Assembly (NCBI RefSeq): GCF_000981445.1
Contig: NC_027218.1
Coordinates: 1,860,001-1,924,000 of the forward strand
Origin: Babesia bigemina
Lineage: Eukaryota
Reading direction: 5' to 3'
Length of the DNA: 64,000 nucleotides
Position numbers and translations under genes: made by a program. This document shows, piece after piece, positions 19,301 through 30,782 of the stretch (the first letter of the stretch is position 1; the number at the start of each line of letters is the position of its first letter). Below the pieces are notes generated by a model, which worked only from the letters and a program-made list of their open reading frames with translations, was not told the DNA's origin and ran no database searches.

Positions 19301-21057
19301 GAACGGATGCTACCGCTCGGCAGCCACACCTCCTGAGAAGTGTAGAAAATAGGCATACCGACGGATAGCGGCGCCACCGACATACTACCCGATACCAGAC
19401 TCATATCACCAAGAATCGACTTAATGAAGCTCGTCTTGCCGCAGCCCTGGTTGCCGGTGATGATCTTCACATCGCCACGCTTCAGTTGCATATTTAAAGA
19501 CTTTAAAATAGGGAGAATGCTGCTCTGATCGGAGTCCAAGAGCAGCTTGCGGTCGTTTATATAACTGAATGAGGCATCCTTGAAATAAACAAGAGTGTCA
19601 ATGGGGACATGGGAGGGGATGCTATGCTTGTCCAACTCTTTGGGCTCGGAAGCAGACTCTACGTGGTTGGCATCCAAATAAAAGTTCGGAGAGCAGTTGC
19701 GTAAAAATGCTTCTACCCGACGGTAGGATGTGGCCGACTCCACCATCCAACGGAAGGCCTTGGGCAGTCGGCCACATTTCAGGACGATTTTTGTGACGAT
19801 GAACATGACAGATATAAGCTCGTTGACGTCGAAAGGGATATCGTTACTATTCTCGTACTTCGATACCTCGTTGTTGAAAACGTACACAAACACCCAAAAT
19901 AATATTATCCCAACCGATCGCTCCAGAGCGCGGTTGAGAAATTGGAAGAACAAACGGTGCCGAAGCACCGTGAGCTCATCCTCCCTAGTACCCTCAATCG
20001 CTCGGTATCCCACGTCATCGATGCCCATCGCAGTGCAAATCTGTAGGTTCCCAAGCACGTCGGAGCTGACCGACGCCCGGCAGTCCATGGACTCCAGGGA
20101 GTACCGGCGTAGCCTGCCGTTTACCAGCTCGAGGACCAACATGAAAAACACGGAGCCTAGAACTGTCAGAGAGGGAAGGAGAATGGGGAATCCCATATTA
20201 GTCCTCACGAATACCATCCCAACAAGAAAGTTACACGCAAAGCCCACAATGGCCATTACGGAGGCCACGTAGTTCGTGATGGTAGCTGCGTCTAACACCA
20301 TGTGGGTGTAAATGCTCGGAGGAAGCTCACGATTTTGGTGCCTGCGAGCGGGACATAACAGCGGGTTCGGGGCGCAGCTCTCGGTGGGATCAGTGAAGTG
20401 GACCACCTTCCTGCACGTGCCCAGCTGGCTGGTGGAATCGACCACCGACGAGTAGTGTCTACGGTAGCACAACCCATGCTGGAACAGCGTGATCGTGATA
20501 ACTGCCTCTATGCAAATCTCAATGCGGTGTATGAAGAGCTCCACGTGCTGTTGCAGTATGGAGTGCGTTGTCTCCACCAACACGACGCCGAACACGATGC
20601 CAAAAACCGTTGACAGGTGTTGCGAATCCTTTGACAGCATATCCAGTAGGTGCTTCAGAAGTATGGCCGTGCCGATACCTATCAGATCGACGCACACGAT
20701 GCCCAACAGCGTCAGCAGCGCGCGGCGCCAGAAGGTGAGGACCATGGCACGCAAAAATATGCTGTGATAAGGCTTGAATTTGGGCTCGAACGGTGATGAT
20801 GCAGCCATTTCGGACTTCTCCAGGCGCATAAGGCCGTCGCTGACGTGCCGTGCGAACACGGTCTGCCACCAGCATAGCTGGTCGTTTTGGGGCAGCTCGT
20901 GGACGGACTCCAGCTTGCATTTCTCCTCGCCGACGAAGTCCACCCAGCTGCACACCCAGTACATGAACACCTTGCTGAAGAAGCCTGCATTGTCAAAAGT
21001 GGGTAGTCCCGTGCCGCTGCGACCGGTTGGCGGCAACATCCACCGTCCCGTTGACAT
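16360..21057 (-). CDS. ABC transporter, ABCC/MRP-like full transporter (TMD-NBD-TMD-NBD)
   Basis: NBD1: GNQGCGKT, LSGGQ, VCLDEP. NBD2: GRTGAGKS, LSVSQ, ILIDEP, VTHD. Two multi-TM blocks; N-terminal FSKVFMYWV lasso-like motif; intronless. Confidence 0.92.
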   Translation of the reverse strand: MSTGRWMLPPTGRSGTGLPTFDNAGFFSKVFMYWVCSWVDFVGEEKCKLESVHELPQNDQLCWWQTVFARHVSDGLMRLEKSEMAASSPFEPKFKPYHSIFLRAMVLTFWRRALLTLLGIVCVDLIGIGTAILLKHLLDMLSKDSQHLSTVFGIVFGVVLVETTHSILQQHVELFIHRIEICIEAVITITLFQHGLCYRRHYSSVVDSTSQLGTCRKVVHFTDPTESCAPNPLLCPARRHQNRELPPSIYTHMVLDAATITNYVASVMAIVGFACNFLVGMVFVRTNMGFPILLPSLTVLGSVFFMLVLELVNGRLRRYSLESMDCRASVSSDVLGNLQICTAMGIDDVGYRAIEGTREDELTVLRHRLFFQFLNRALERSVGIILFWVFVYVFNNEVSKYENSNDIPFDVNELISVMFIVTKIVLKCGRLPKAFRWMVESATSYRRVEAFLRNCSPNFYLDANHVESASEPKELDKHSIPSHVPIDTLVYFKDASFSYINDRKLLLDSDQSSILPILKSLNMQLKRGDVKIITGNQGCGKTSFIKSILGDMSLVSGSMSVAPLSVGMPIFYTSQEVWLPSGSIRSIITFGYAFDEDIYRQVTCAVELESDFASWEDGDMRVISEKGYSLSGGQRVRLSLARALYAYLIFSKANERLVGDRCCFLVCLDEPFNGLDSSVARSILRNLLNKRNGLLVRPDVAVVMSMSTMTLDIAMTPESISGLVDVFVRVIENGVLKDPMSLGMHLGFDLTSDTPSSAKSGADDVSYNAFGRISNGDSARSVVMYKGITSGMSTFDQYPPLRTLSMVTSANGGKPANIWSAYLVYFRAVGYFLLFVLFLFILVSHASVNIKLLLAAKWVDTLRKATDGSDVDVMSHHRKYYVWITIFTFASVGCFSVLMFVVVFASLRGSRRLFGFALKSTFLKPSAILQLKSCMGALMTFLTSDIHIIDEHIGFYIHETSYSLLSFLVKFATLCYVMPVAVPVPLVTCFLLYYFAHRKVIRASKILQRLMLDANSSVNVVYNDVMSGSSVYRSFRKESMWLQDVRARSDEYYRTHFMKAAFTMWVTLATNMGATMMIAVFITIPVLRSYVAGEPHKVGQLGVAISLCLGFGNSLRSLINNYAQLERYMCSVARFESFFMQDGSSLYDKFDSMGENMLYVPPSYGREDSFVGTQTTSMDIDDVGDAMMPISSDHCSVNIPHSPEEVFEVCQQGDDFEASYAALLHRRIFEYRSHCFRRYISLFGWKFYKPYIEVLRVSDYLPPATLLLELKDVSLMTPTPPGTVSTHYILRDVSFCARVGDVIGIMGRTGAGKSTLLSVLQNVAPGRGGTVLLDGVELNTIPRKVLRHVIGVLPQLPFIFKGWTLRRFLDPRMLYSDDEIMHALDCCGMLELVKSLPGGCELDTVLVPEESTAVKKLFVAPPLCPLSGNGWASRSSEAPTLSYLKGNHSRIVLSVSQQRQLWFARLVLYRRMYRIILIDEPQWAEVADDDDEVRSCCASELSCFGSGKSICSLVYRYFSHCITFLVTHDRRMLRRCSRLLHVKEGMVRDEPSLMQLWGVNPSPSS

Positions 21058-21905
21058 GGCAGCTCTGAGACGGTGAGCGAAGGCAGCACTTCATGTATTA
21101 ATTTCCAGACCCTTCACAGGGTAGTAATGATCCTTATATTCCATTGTGGCCGGAAAAAAGTCGTACCAGGCGGCAAACAATCCATGACGTACCGCCCGGT
21201 GAGACGTTGCGTGGCAGCGCTAAGATCCCGCTCGACGTTACACCGCTGCCCGAATTACAAAAAACGGTAGTAAAATATTGCGGAGATGCCGGATGGGTGT
21301 AGAAGACAAACCTTTAGATTCATTAATGCCCAGACGCTTAGACAACGACGGATACGTTGGAAGCAGCAGGGCACACACAGCAACGTTTAGGCTCCGAAAA
21401 CACGCCACATTGGTTGGGATTATAGAATCATCCCTGGGTGTACGCAGAGGTTGCCCGTGTTTAGAGGGTCCGCTCGCTAGGGGGTCGACTAGCGGAGGAC
21501 AATTGCCTTGCGGGCCGATGTCACTACCAATTGTATTTGAGTTTAGTTACGATATCGGCTTGAAGGTTGTGTTTTGTGCTCGGAAGGCGCTCATCAGCGC
21601 GAATATATCGCATCACTGGGTTCGCGTCATCCCGCAGTCTGCTCCAGTGTCCGATAAAACGACAACGGTATCGCTACCGTGGCGCAGACTTAGGCTTGAT
21701 GCAAATAGCGACAAACAACAAGCATATGGCAACAGCGACACACCGGGACGTTTCACGACCATTTCCCGATGTTGTATTCGAGGTAACACACCGCAAACGG
21801 AATCTCACTTTCGCTTCGACGTCGCACAAGTCAGTGCGCTTATGCGTGATACACACGGACATGGTTTTACATATTTAACGCCTTCCAGTCATTTTTGTGT
21901 AAGAG

Positions 21906-22849
21906 TCAAACAAAGGGCGGCAGCAGGTGCACGCTGCCGTTGCTGGTCAACGTGACGTCCCGGGGCAAGTGAAGGTCGGTATCGGACAGGCGTCGGGGCT
22001 CGCTGCGTAAAACCGGTGCTATTGCCTCGTATATCTCGTTGCTGAGGTCCTAAGGCAGGGATGAAGCGAAACATTTTACGCATTTCACGCACCTCTTTGG
22101 ACTGCGTGGCGTCGAAGCACTGCCAGAAGGGCAGGACGCGGAACTGGTCGTACACACGGCGTACTGCTTCCAGCTTGCAAACTTCCTCGTAGCGCTCCTC
22201 ACCTTGAGCAGCATGTGCGGAAGGTTGCGTGGGCGCCTTACCGAAGTTGCTGCGACTAGCGCTGACCGTAGCCGGGTTGTCCAGGTAGATGACAAGGTCA
22301 GGGCTCACCAACCCGTCATCGGGCCATATACACCACTCGTAGGAGAGGTTCTGAGCGTCATTGAGGCGGTTTTGTACTCGACTGTACCTCAGCTCCCACT
22401 GAATAGGCCACTCCGGAGAATGCGTATCGGTCCATCAAAATGTGAGTTCCTGACTCCAGAGTCGACACCACCTCCTTCCTACACGGCGTCACTGGCACAT
22501 ATCGCAAACCTACATCATCTCCCAGCGATTTGCTGAGAAAAGCAGGTGGATGGCACGGCGGGAACGCACAGCGTCGCGCGATGCCAGGTGCTCCACGAGC
22601 ACTTTGCCGCACTTAGTGTCCACACCTTAGCTCATAAGCGGTCTTATCACGGCACACATACATGGGAATTTGAGCAGCCGGTGGCTGATGCCCTCGGAAG
22701 TCAGTTTTTGCGATAGCAGCTTCAGCTGCGTGGTCTTCCCCGACCTGCACGGCGTGTAACCGCGCAACGACGATCACCGACCTGTCTATACCCTCGAACA
22801 CAAACAGCTTGCCAGGAAGGCGGATGTTCGCACGGGCGCTGTCCGACAT
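21906..22849 (-). CDS. TMK: thymidylate (dTMP) kinase, 7 exons
   Basis: Spliced across six short GT-AG introns (first 22781-22745): FVFEGIDR|SGKTTQ (P-loop), AIHLLFSANRWE, LMDRYAFSGVAYS, PDLVIYLD, FG.ERYE; stop TGA at 21906-21908. Confidence 0.9.
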
Positions 22850-23041
22850 CTTCTGTGCCGCGTCGACGAAGAAGCCGCACCGGGCATGGGGGCAGCACCG
22901 ACAACAGCCAATAGACACGGCCTATTTGCCGGGTAATCGCACCGAACGCGCCGCTCCCGATAATTTTAGAACATTTGAGTACCGAATGCAGTTACACATC
23001 TGAGAGGAGCGGGCTATATGACGTAAAATGAGTGTGTCTAG

Positions 23042-24959
23042 ATGACTGACACACGGCGAGTATCTGGGCGCTCGTGCAACGATATGAATCTATTGGGGCA
23101 CGGAGCGGGCGCCGATAACCAAGGAAATGGGTTCCTTAAACTCAGGCAGGCTGCCGCCGTGAGAAGGAGCTCGCGCAGTGGGCACTCCGACGGCCAGGTG
23201 CCTCCACACCTCCTCGCGAATGCGGCCGCGGCGGCGGACCACGCCTACGCCCGAACGGCCAGTAATACGGCCAGGACGGCGAGGGCGGGCGCAATAACGG
23301 AGCGGGATATCGATATGGCGGCGGCGGAGACATTCCGGGAGGGCATACGCGCCCGCGATGTGACGGACGGGGGCATCTTGCGGGGCTGCGACTTGATCGG
23401 GGACATCGAAAGCGAGTTGAGCCACTCTGTGGATGACAGCCTGGACTTGGGCCTCTCAAGCTCGTGCAGGCTCGACGCCGCGGAGTCTAACTACTTCAGG
23501 GACCCGGAAAACAATGGCATCCGCAACATCACCGACGTCCTGTCGTTCGACAAGCGACTGGGCCAGGGTGTCTACGGAGACGTGTTCCTCTGCCACCTAC
23601 GCGCTGATCGCACGAAACGCTTCGCGGTGAAACGTATACAGCAGGCGCCTTCACCGGTGGAGAAGATCTTCGGACTCGACCAGAACATTATAAAGGAGCT
23701 GCACGCACTGAGGGCGCTCAAGAGGCCGCACGCCAACATCGTGCGGCTCTACGACTTTTGCTCCGCGATGGAGACGCTAGTCCCGCGCAACTCGTCGAAG
23801 CCGTCGCCGAAGGACGCGAAGAAGAAGTGCGTGGCCTTCTACCTCATCTTCGAGCTGTGCGACATGGACCTGAGCCAGTTCGTCAAGGAGGCGTCGCTCA
23901 AGTACAAGGCGCACGAAATGGACCTCTTCAGCACCACCAGCGAGCACGTGGACGGCGAGTACCACATCGAGGATATCATAAACCAGTGGTGCACGCTCTA
24001 CCTCAAGAAGCGGCAGGACGACGCCTTCAAGGACGGCGGGCCGGGCATCGCCGTGCGCAGCGAGAGGATCCCGCTGCCGGGTCTACCCGAGGATATCGTA
24101 AAGGTCATCATGTACCAGATGCTGCAGGGGCTCGCGTACATCCACTCCAACAGAATAATCCACAGGGACATCAAGCCCCAAAACATACTGCTGAAGAAGA
24201 CCAACGGCGTTTTCGACTCGCTCGAAGCGCTCAAATCGCCCAGCGCCTGGTGAGTGAATAATTTGTGTATGCGCTAATTCGTGCAGGCAAGTGAAGATCG
24301 GTGACCTGGGGCTATCGACGATCGTCCCGGCCAGGTACCTCACTACGATGACGGAGGAGGTGGTGACGCTGCTGTACCGGCCGCCGGAGCTGCTGCTAGG
24401 CGACTGCAAGTACACCACGGCGGTGGACATATGGTCCACCGCCGCCAGCGTTGGCGAATGCCTGCTGGGCAAGCCGATGTTCAGGGCAAGGACCGAGTTC
24501 AGCGTCCTGATGCGCATCATCTGCACCGTGGGCGCGCCACTGGTCGATGAAATGCCCGATTTCGCCAAGCAGCTCAAGTACCTCACCGACAGCATGCCCA
24601 AGGTGACCAGGGACGCCAGGTCGTCGCTCAGGAAGATGTTCACGGACCACTTCGGGAGGCAGCTGCTCAGCGAGACGGGGCTTGACCTGTTCGTGAAGAT
24701 GCTGCAGTTCGTGCCCGATAAGAGGATCACGGCCGAGCAGGCGCTCAAACACCCGTGGTTCGACGACATAGAGTCGCTGCTCAAGCCCTCCATCGCTAAG
24801 TCCTACCACAGCCTCGAGCGGGCGTTCCCCAAAGGGCAGCGCGATATGCTGCCGCTTCCGTTCAAAGGCGACCTCGCTGAGTTCAAGACGCAGCTGCGCA
24901 AGGCGACGCTCAAACCGGCCTCCATTGACGAGCCGTACATGCAGTTTGTTTTCCCGTGA
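23042..24959 (+). CDS. cyclin-dependent kinase-related (CRK/CMGC) protein kinase, 2 exons
   Basis: [24 protein letters not shown], intron 24250-24286, then [38 protein letters not shown]. Confidence 0.9.
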
Positions 24960-25782
24960 CCACCCTGGACAACGGGTGCCGCGGGACGCGTGCCCTGCAG
25001 GGCCGCACAATCCACACACCGCGGCGAAACCGTACACACCTAATTATACTGCACGTCTCGCTCGTTTTCGGACTCGGCGCCGGGCCAGATTGTACGGGCA
25101 GGTGACGCTCACGAGTGCGATGCCCACTGCCGCACCGCGCGGCGAGCTGGCGTCACGCAGCGGAATGCCGCAGAAGCAGCAGTGCGCGATGGAGACGGCA
25201 AAGTACCCTTTTGCGCGCGCGGCTCCGAGCGTCGCTTCGGCGCAGCCCGTGGTAAAAAGGGACGGAGACATCAAGCAACCTAAGGCGGGGACAACGCCCC
25301 TTAAATTCCGCTCGTTCCAAGACTTTTACCTTACGCAGGGCAAGACGCACAATCGTAACTTCCTGACAGCGAACAAGGGGGAGCGGAGTCCCTGGAAGTG
25401 TCAAATAAGTCATACCCCGAACAACGCCGTGACGTCGATGGCAGGTGTGTGAAAACGTGCGCTGTGGTTTGTATAGTGAGGTGTCGGTTTTCTAGCATCG
25501 GGAGTAGCTGCGCCGTGGCACGCAGGAGGTGGCTGCATGATAGGCAGCTCGAAACACCAGCAGCAATGGCCGATGTTGGAGGCTGGCTTACGCCGCCCAC
25601 AACGGCTCTGCGAAACCAGCTAAAAGCCCCGGGGCGCTCATCTCCAATGTGGTAGGATTCTGCCTATCATGTTGAGAGCAGTGCCTCGATTGAGGGCTCC
25701 GCGAATTTGCCGCGGCCTGGTGGCGTTGGGTGTGGCCAGATTCTCTAGGTGATGCTACCGGGAACACCTCATTAAATTCAAA

Positions 25783-27072
25783 ATGTGCCTCAACCTTTTT
25801 AGATACCTCAAAAGGGGTCGAAACAACGCCGCGTCGGGCACTCATAACCATGCAGGAGACAACGATGCGACTTTGCCGGGGATGTACAAAACGTACAACG
25901 AGGAGGAGCTCAGCAAGGCGCTAAAGGGGCACGTAAAGCGACTCTGCGATTACTTTCAAAATGGAACACCCAACAAAAATTACACCAACACCATCAAGGC
26001 GATGGTGGCGAAGACCAAGCCCAGACAACCAACGCAGTCATCGCGGTCGGACTCGTCGTGCAGCACCGCGAACAGCGTGAAGCAGAACGACGGAGTTCCG
26101 ACGCTGCCACTAGCCGAACGCTTAAGCGCGCCGGCGGTGGGAATCATCGAGCTCGCGCAGCACATCGCAAGCAGGCGCCAGGAAGGCAAGCGGCCGACCA
26201 CCAACCAGGAGGCCCTGGAGTTCCTCGAGAGCGAGGGGATCGCGTACAACAATGCCGTTATGGTCATGGGACACGACAGGAGCAGGGGAAGGTCGCGGCA
26301 GGTGTTCAACTGGAAGACCGCCATGAAGGCCATGTGCACCGGCACCGACGTCCCCGACACACCGGACAGTTCGATCCTGGACAGAGACGAGGTGGTCAGG
26401 GTCGACCTTCCGTTGCCATTGGATCCGGAAATGCGCGAATTCCTACGGAAGCGTGGTTTTGTGATCGGCGAGGACGGGATGCCCATCACCGCCGATGACG
26501 ATGTCGTTGAGTGCAACGGCGTGCAGTTCTACGTGTTGCCGCACGAGGGGTCGGTGACGCGGCGGGAGTCGAGCGCAGACGCGCCAGTGTCGCAGCCCCG
26601 CGAAGTGTGGGCCGACCTGAAGACGGGAGCTGTGTTGCCCGAAGTATCGCACGACCCGCACAAGTTCGAGAGCTACGACCTTCGCATCACCAAGGAGACC
26701 ACTGAGCCGGACGCCTCGCTGGGCACTGACGAGGAGGAGTTCGAGAGCGCGAGGCGGAAGACCGAGGAGGATGCCTTCTTCGACAAAACGGACTACAACC
26801 TGGAAGACTTCACCAACCACATGTTCGGGCACGCCGACCTGGAGAACATCAACCAGGTCATCAAGCACATCCGGGATATCCTGCCGGAGGAATGCGACGG
26901 CGAGATCGTGGACGTAGCAGAGCTCTCCACGGACCGGAGGGAGAAGAACGCCGAGGGGTTCGGCTGGTTCCTGGACAAGGCGCAGGACTCGCAGGGTGAC
27001 GATCTAGACGAAGCCCTAGAGGAACTGGCGGAATCGTTCGAAAGACGCCTTTCGATAAGGCCGAGAAGCTGA
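25783..27072 (+). CDS. hypothetical protein, acidic C-terminal half (429 aa)
   Basis: Long ATG-started ORF with GC3-rich codons like neighbouring genes; no motif recognised. Confidence 0.7.
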   Translation: MCLNLFRYLKRGRNNAASGTHNHAGDNDATLPGMYKTYNEEELSKALKGHVKRLCDYFQNGTPNKNYTNTIKAMVAKTKPRQPTQSSRSDSSCSTANSVKQNDGVPTLPLAERLSAPAVGIIELAQHIASRRQEGKRPTTNQEALEFLESEGIAYNNAVMVMGHDRSRGRSRQVFNWKTAMKAMCTGTDVPDTPDSSILDRDEVVRVDLPLPLDPEMREFLRKRGFVIGEDGMPITADDDVVECNGVQFYVLPHEGSVTRRESSADAPVSQPREVWADLKTGAVLPEVSHDPHKFESYDLRITKETTEPDASLGTDEEEFESARRKTEEDAFFDKTDYNLEDFTNHMFGHADLENINQVIKHIRDILPEECDGEIVDVAELSTDRREKNAEGFGWFLDKAQDSQGDDLDEALEELAESFERRLSIRPRS

Positions 27073-27192
27073 AGCTGTCGAAACCCGCCGACAGCCGCGT
27101 GCGCCCGGGCCGGGGTCACAGACTGCCAGCCCGGCGGCACCCAAACCCAGCTATAATCTATGTATATACGCTTGCAAAGGTTTTTAGCTATG

Positions 27193-27996
27193 TTAGACCG
27201 AGTTGGCGCGCCGCGCTAGCCTTCGGTATCGCACCTGGTAGCAGTAGTAGAGCACGGAGCACGGCAGCATCACGAGGGGCAGCGCGCTGTACATGTAGTA
27301 GGTGTCGATGGCGAAGTTGTACGCGTTGGGCATAGGGCTCGGGAAGTCGCGGGCGATCGGTACGTTGCGCACCACGCGGGCCGCCTGCCGAACCAGCCAG
27401 ATCTCCTCGAACGCCAGCAGCGGGTAAAGCACCAATACCACTGAACACGGTCAACGCAGGAAGGAAGCAAGCAAACCCACCCTTATGCGATAGCCACTCC
27501 AACACCGTGTGGCAGGTCCCGCGCACCGTGTACAACGCGTCCAGGCAGCTCAGGATGTTCATGAGCGTCAGCGCGCTCACGGGCAGCAGCACCGACCGCA
27601 TCGGCACAACCTCCTTCAGCAGCGGGATGGCGACGAAGTACACCGCGAACGTGCGCACGCATTGCTCGAGGTTCAGGTACAGCGATGCGCCGCAGCACGC
27701 GCCGTCTGAGCGCTGTTAGATACACGACGGGGCCACCCACCTAGGAATGTGTAGACATGCATCAGACACTGCGCCACGAGTCCGCACTGGAACAGCGGGC
27801 GGATGTACGTCCAGAAGGCAACGGGGCTCAGCCTGGACAGGCTCTCCCACGTGGGCCAGTGACCTTCCTCATGGCGAAGCAGGAACGTCAGCAGCAGCAG
27901 CTCCACGCTGACCCACACACAGAGCGAGGAGACATAGTGTAGCACGATGAGCCGTGAATACCACCCCGCACGGCGCGGTATATCGAGGTTAGTCAT
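27193..27996 (-). CDS. 3-hydroxyacyl-CoA dehydratase (PTPLA/HACD/Phs1 family), 3 exons
   Basis: Splicing of introns 27740-27706 and ~27480-27441 gives a multi-TM protein with EWLSHKVVLVLYPLLAFEE (Tyr/Glu spaced as the Phs1 catalytic pair), PMPNAYNFAID and a basic C-terminal tail. Confidence 0.75.
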
Positions 27997-28148
27997 CGAC
28001 GCTGCCAATGAACTGGTCGCGCGGCCGCGAAGGCGAGCCCGGCGGAAGCACCATAAGGGTCTCCGCAGCGGAAGGCCCGTGACAAAACGCGGCGTGAACC
28101 GATTAGAGCGATAGAGTTAAACTACATAGTTATAAGAGGCGATTGGGA

Positions 28149-29966
28149 TCATTTGCCGCCTGCCTTGTCCGCGGGCGCGCGCTTGAGGCGCCGCGCAGCG
28201 GCTGCCTCCAGACGGCGTTGGCGCTCGCGCTCCTTGTGCTCGCGCTCGAACGCGCCCTTGTCGAACTTGTCTTGGATGCCCACGGTGAGGTTGAACACGC
28301 ACCGCGAGTCGGTGGAGTCGGGGTCCTTGGTGAAGTAGCCCATCCGCTCGAAGTGCAGCGGGTCGCCCACGTTGGACGACACGGCGCTGCGCTCGCAGAG
28401 GCTGTTCTCGTAGACGTGCATGGAGTCGAAGTTGAAGTTCTTGATCCAGTCGCCCTTCTCGACGCAGCCCTCCTTGGGGTCGGGCTTCGTGAAGAGGCGG
28501 GAGTACCAGCGTACCTCCACGCGCTCGGCGTCCTTCTCGTTTATCCAGTGGATGGTCGCCTTGACCTTGCGCCCGTCGGCCGGCGCGCAGCCCCCTTTGG
28601 TGCTCGGGTCGTGGGTGCAGACGATCTTCTCCACCTTGTCGCCGTTCATGACCACGTCAGTGCACTTCACCCAGTAGCAGTGGCGCAGCCTCACCTCCCC
28701 GCCGACGAACAGCCGGTGGAAGTCCTTGGTGGGGTTGGCCATGAAGTCCTTGCTGTCGATGTATATGCGCTTGCCGAACGTGAGTTTGCGGGTGCCGGGG
28801 TTGGGGTAGGTGGGGATCTCGACCTCCTCCTCGAAGTCCTCGGGCACGTTCTCGATCTCCACCAGGATCGGGTCCACAACCGCGAACAGGCGGGTCGCGT
28901 GCTCGTGCATGTACTCGCGAATGCAGTCCTCGAGTAGCTCGATCTGGATCAGGTTCTCACGCTTGGCCACGCCCACCTTCCGGCAGAAGCGGCGGATGGC
29001 GGCGGCGGGGACACCGCGGCGACGCAGGCCGGATATGGTCGGCATCCTGGGGTCATCCCAGCCGCGCACCAGGCCCTTATTCACCAGTTGGATCAGCAGA
29101 CGCTTGTTCATCACACAGTAGGTCAAGTTCAGACGCGCGTACTCGATTTGGCGAGTGCGCACGATGCCCAGCTTCTCTTGGAACCAGTCGTACAGCGGGC
29201 GGTGGTTCTCGAACTCGACGGTGCAAATGGAGTGGCTGATGCGCTCGATGCTGTCGGATTGGCCGTGCGCGTAGTCGTACATCGGGTAGATGACCCACTT
29301 GTCACCCGTGTTGACGTGCGTCGCGCGGATAATGCGATAGAGGATGGGGTCACGCAAGTTCATGTTACCGGACGCCATGTCGATCTTGGCACGCAGGCAG
29401 CAGTAGCCGTCGGGGAACGCGCCGTCGCGCATTTGCTCGAACAGGTGCAGGTTCTCCTCCACGCTGCGGTTGCGGTAGGGGGATTCCTTCCCGGGCTCGG
29501 TGATGCTGCCGCGAGCCTCGCGGATCTCCTCGACGCTTTGGTCGTCCACGTAGGCCAAGCCCTGCTTAATCAGCTCGACGGCCCAGTCGTACAGCTGCTG
29601 GAAGTAGTCGGAGGCGAAGTACAGGTGCTCGCCCCAATCATAGCCCAGCCACTTCACATCGTTCTTAATCGACTCTATGTACATAGCCTCCTCCGTAACG
29701 GGGTTCGTGTCGTCGAAGCGCATGTGTGTACGGCCGCCGAACGCCTTGGCGAGCTCGAAGTTCAGGCATATCGACTTGGCGTGGCCGATGTGCAGGAAGC
29801 CGTTAGGCTCGGGAGGGAACCTCGTGATCACCTCCTTCACGCGGCCCTCGGCCACATCGCTCTCCACAATCTTGTAAATGAAATTGGAGCGGTCGATGTC
29901 GTCCGACCCATCCGGGTGGGCAGCGGAGCGACTCGACACCGTCGTGTCTTTAACGACGCCACTCAT
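28149..29966 (-). CDS. QARS: glutaminyl-tRNA synthetase
   Basis: [18 protein letters not shown] (HIGH), [37 protein letters not shown]. First ATG is at 29966 (the track starts at a TTG). Confidence 0.95.
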   Translation of the reverse strand: MSGVVKDTTVSSRSAAHPDGSDDIDRSNFIYKIVESDVAEGRVKEVITRFPPEPNGFLHIGHAKSICLNFELAKAFGGRTHMRFDDTNPVTEEAMYIESIKNDVKWLGYDWGEHLYFASDYFQQLYDWAVELIKQGLAYVDDQSVEEIREARGSITEPGKESPYRNRSVEENLHLFEQMRDGAFPDGYCCLRAKIDMASGNMNLRDPILYRIIRATHVNTGDKWVIYPMYDYAHGQSDSIERISHSICTVEFENHRPLYDWFQEKLGIVRTRQIEYARLNLTYCVMNKRLLIQLVNKGLVRGWDDPRMPTISGLRRRGVPAAAIRRFCRKVGVAKRENLIQIELLEDCIREYMHEHATRLFAVVDPILVEIENVPEDFEEEVEIPTYPNPGTRKLTFGKRIYIDSKDFMANPTKDFHRLFVGGEVRLRHCYWVKCTDVVMNGDKVEKIVCTHDPSTKGGCAPADGRKVKATIHWINEKDAERVEVRWYSRLFTKPDPKEGCVEKGDWIKNFNFDSMHVYENSLCERSAVSSNVGDPLHFERMGYFTKDPDSTDSRCVFNLTVGIQDKFDKGAFEREHKERERQRRLEAAAARRLKRAPADKAGGK

Positions 29967-30782
29967 TATTCTACGGCACTGCCCCAAACGACGGGGCGAA
30001 AAACGAAATAAAAACGAACGAACGAAAATTATGGCGCTTGTGTTGTACTAAAATTAAATTGGCAAACATTGGCTCAGATGAGTCCACTAAGCGTCGGTGA
30101 AGCGCCACTTCCGGCCTTCGGAGCAGCTGAAATGGGGTGGCGACGTCATCAGCGGCTTACTGCGCGGAGAGGAGGACCCGAGTTGCAGCAGAGCGATAGC
30201 GCAAGTTTCTTCGACCTAGGGTGCAGTAGCAGCGGTCCAGCCTTCACGCAGCCGGCGCGACGCGCCGCTCACCTCGAAGTCAGATTCAAGTTGGCCGGTA
30301 CGTTAGAGATGCCGCGAGTACCCACAACATATGCCATCTTTTTGAAAAAGTCGGTGATCTTGCTGCAGTAGGACGAGGTTATGTGAAGGAACATGAGCCA
30401 CCAGGCCTTAAGAGTCGCCATATACTTGTTCATTTTGTGTGCTAGAAGGTCGATTAAATCTTATAATATACAGACCACGAATAACCGCAGTTAAAATCGT
30501 AAAACAACATGCAAACGCGCAACTCTTATAACACTCATCATTAGCGTGCCAGCCGCCGTTGTACCGGCCGGTGGCGGGCAGGCGGCGAGGCCGTCAGGTA
30601 CCCCAGAAGTCGAGCTACCAAAACGGCCCACAAAGCCCAGCACATCCGCCGCGGACACACCAAACAATAGGGAAATTCAGTCGCTACGGAATTTAGAAGC
30701 TCCGCAGCGAATACCCAGCGCAGAGACGTATCGGAACACACCGTAGGGGGCGGCAGCGCTCGAAGCCTACTAAGCTCACACA

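Noticed and set aside
21278..21955. 225-aa + ORF
   Set aside because: Non-ATG start, no motif, lies in the ABC 5' region and overlaps the TMK 3' end.
22600..22665. Apparent loss of the FPxR arginine in dTMP kinase (FPCVDT)
   Set aside because: Depends on my choice of splice acceptor; not assessable without cDNA.
28143..30011. Long + ORFs (264, 307 aa) opposite GlnRS, and similar ones opposite other core genes
   Set aside because: Expected antisense ORFs from GC3-rich codon usage.
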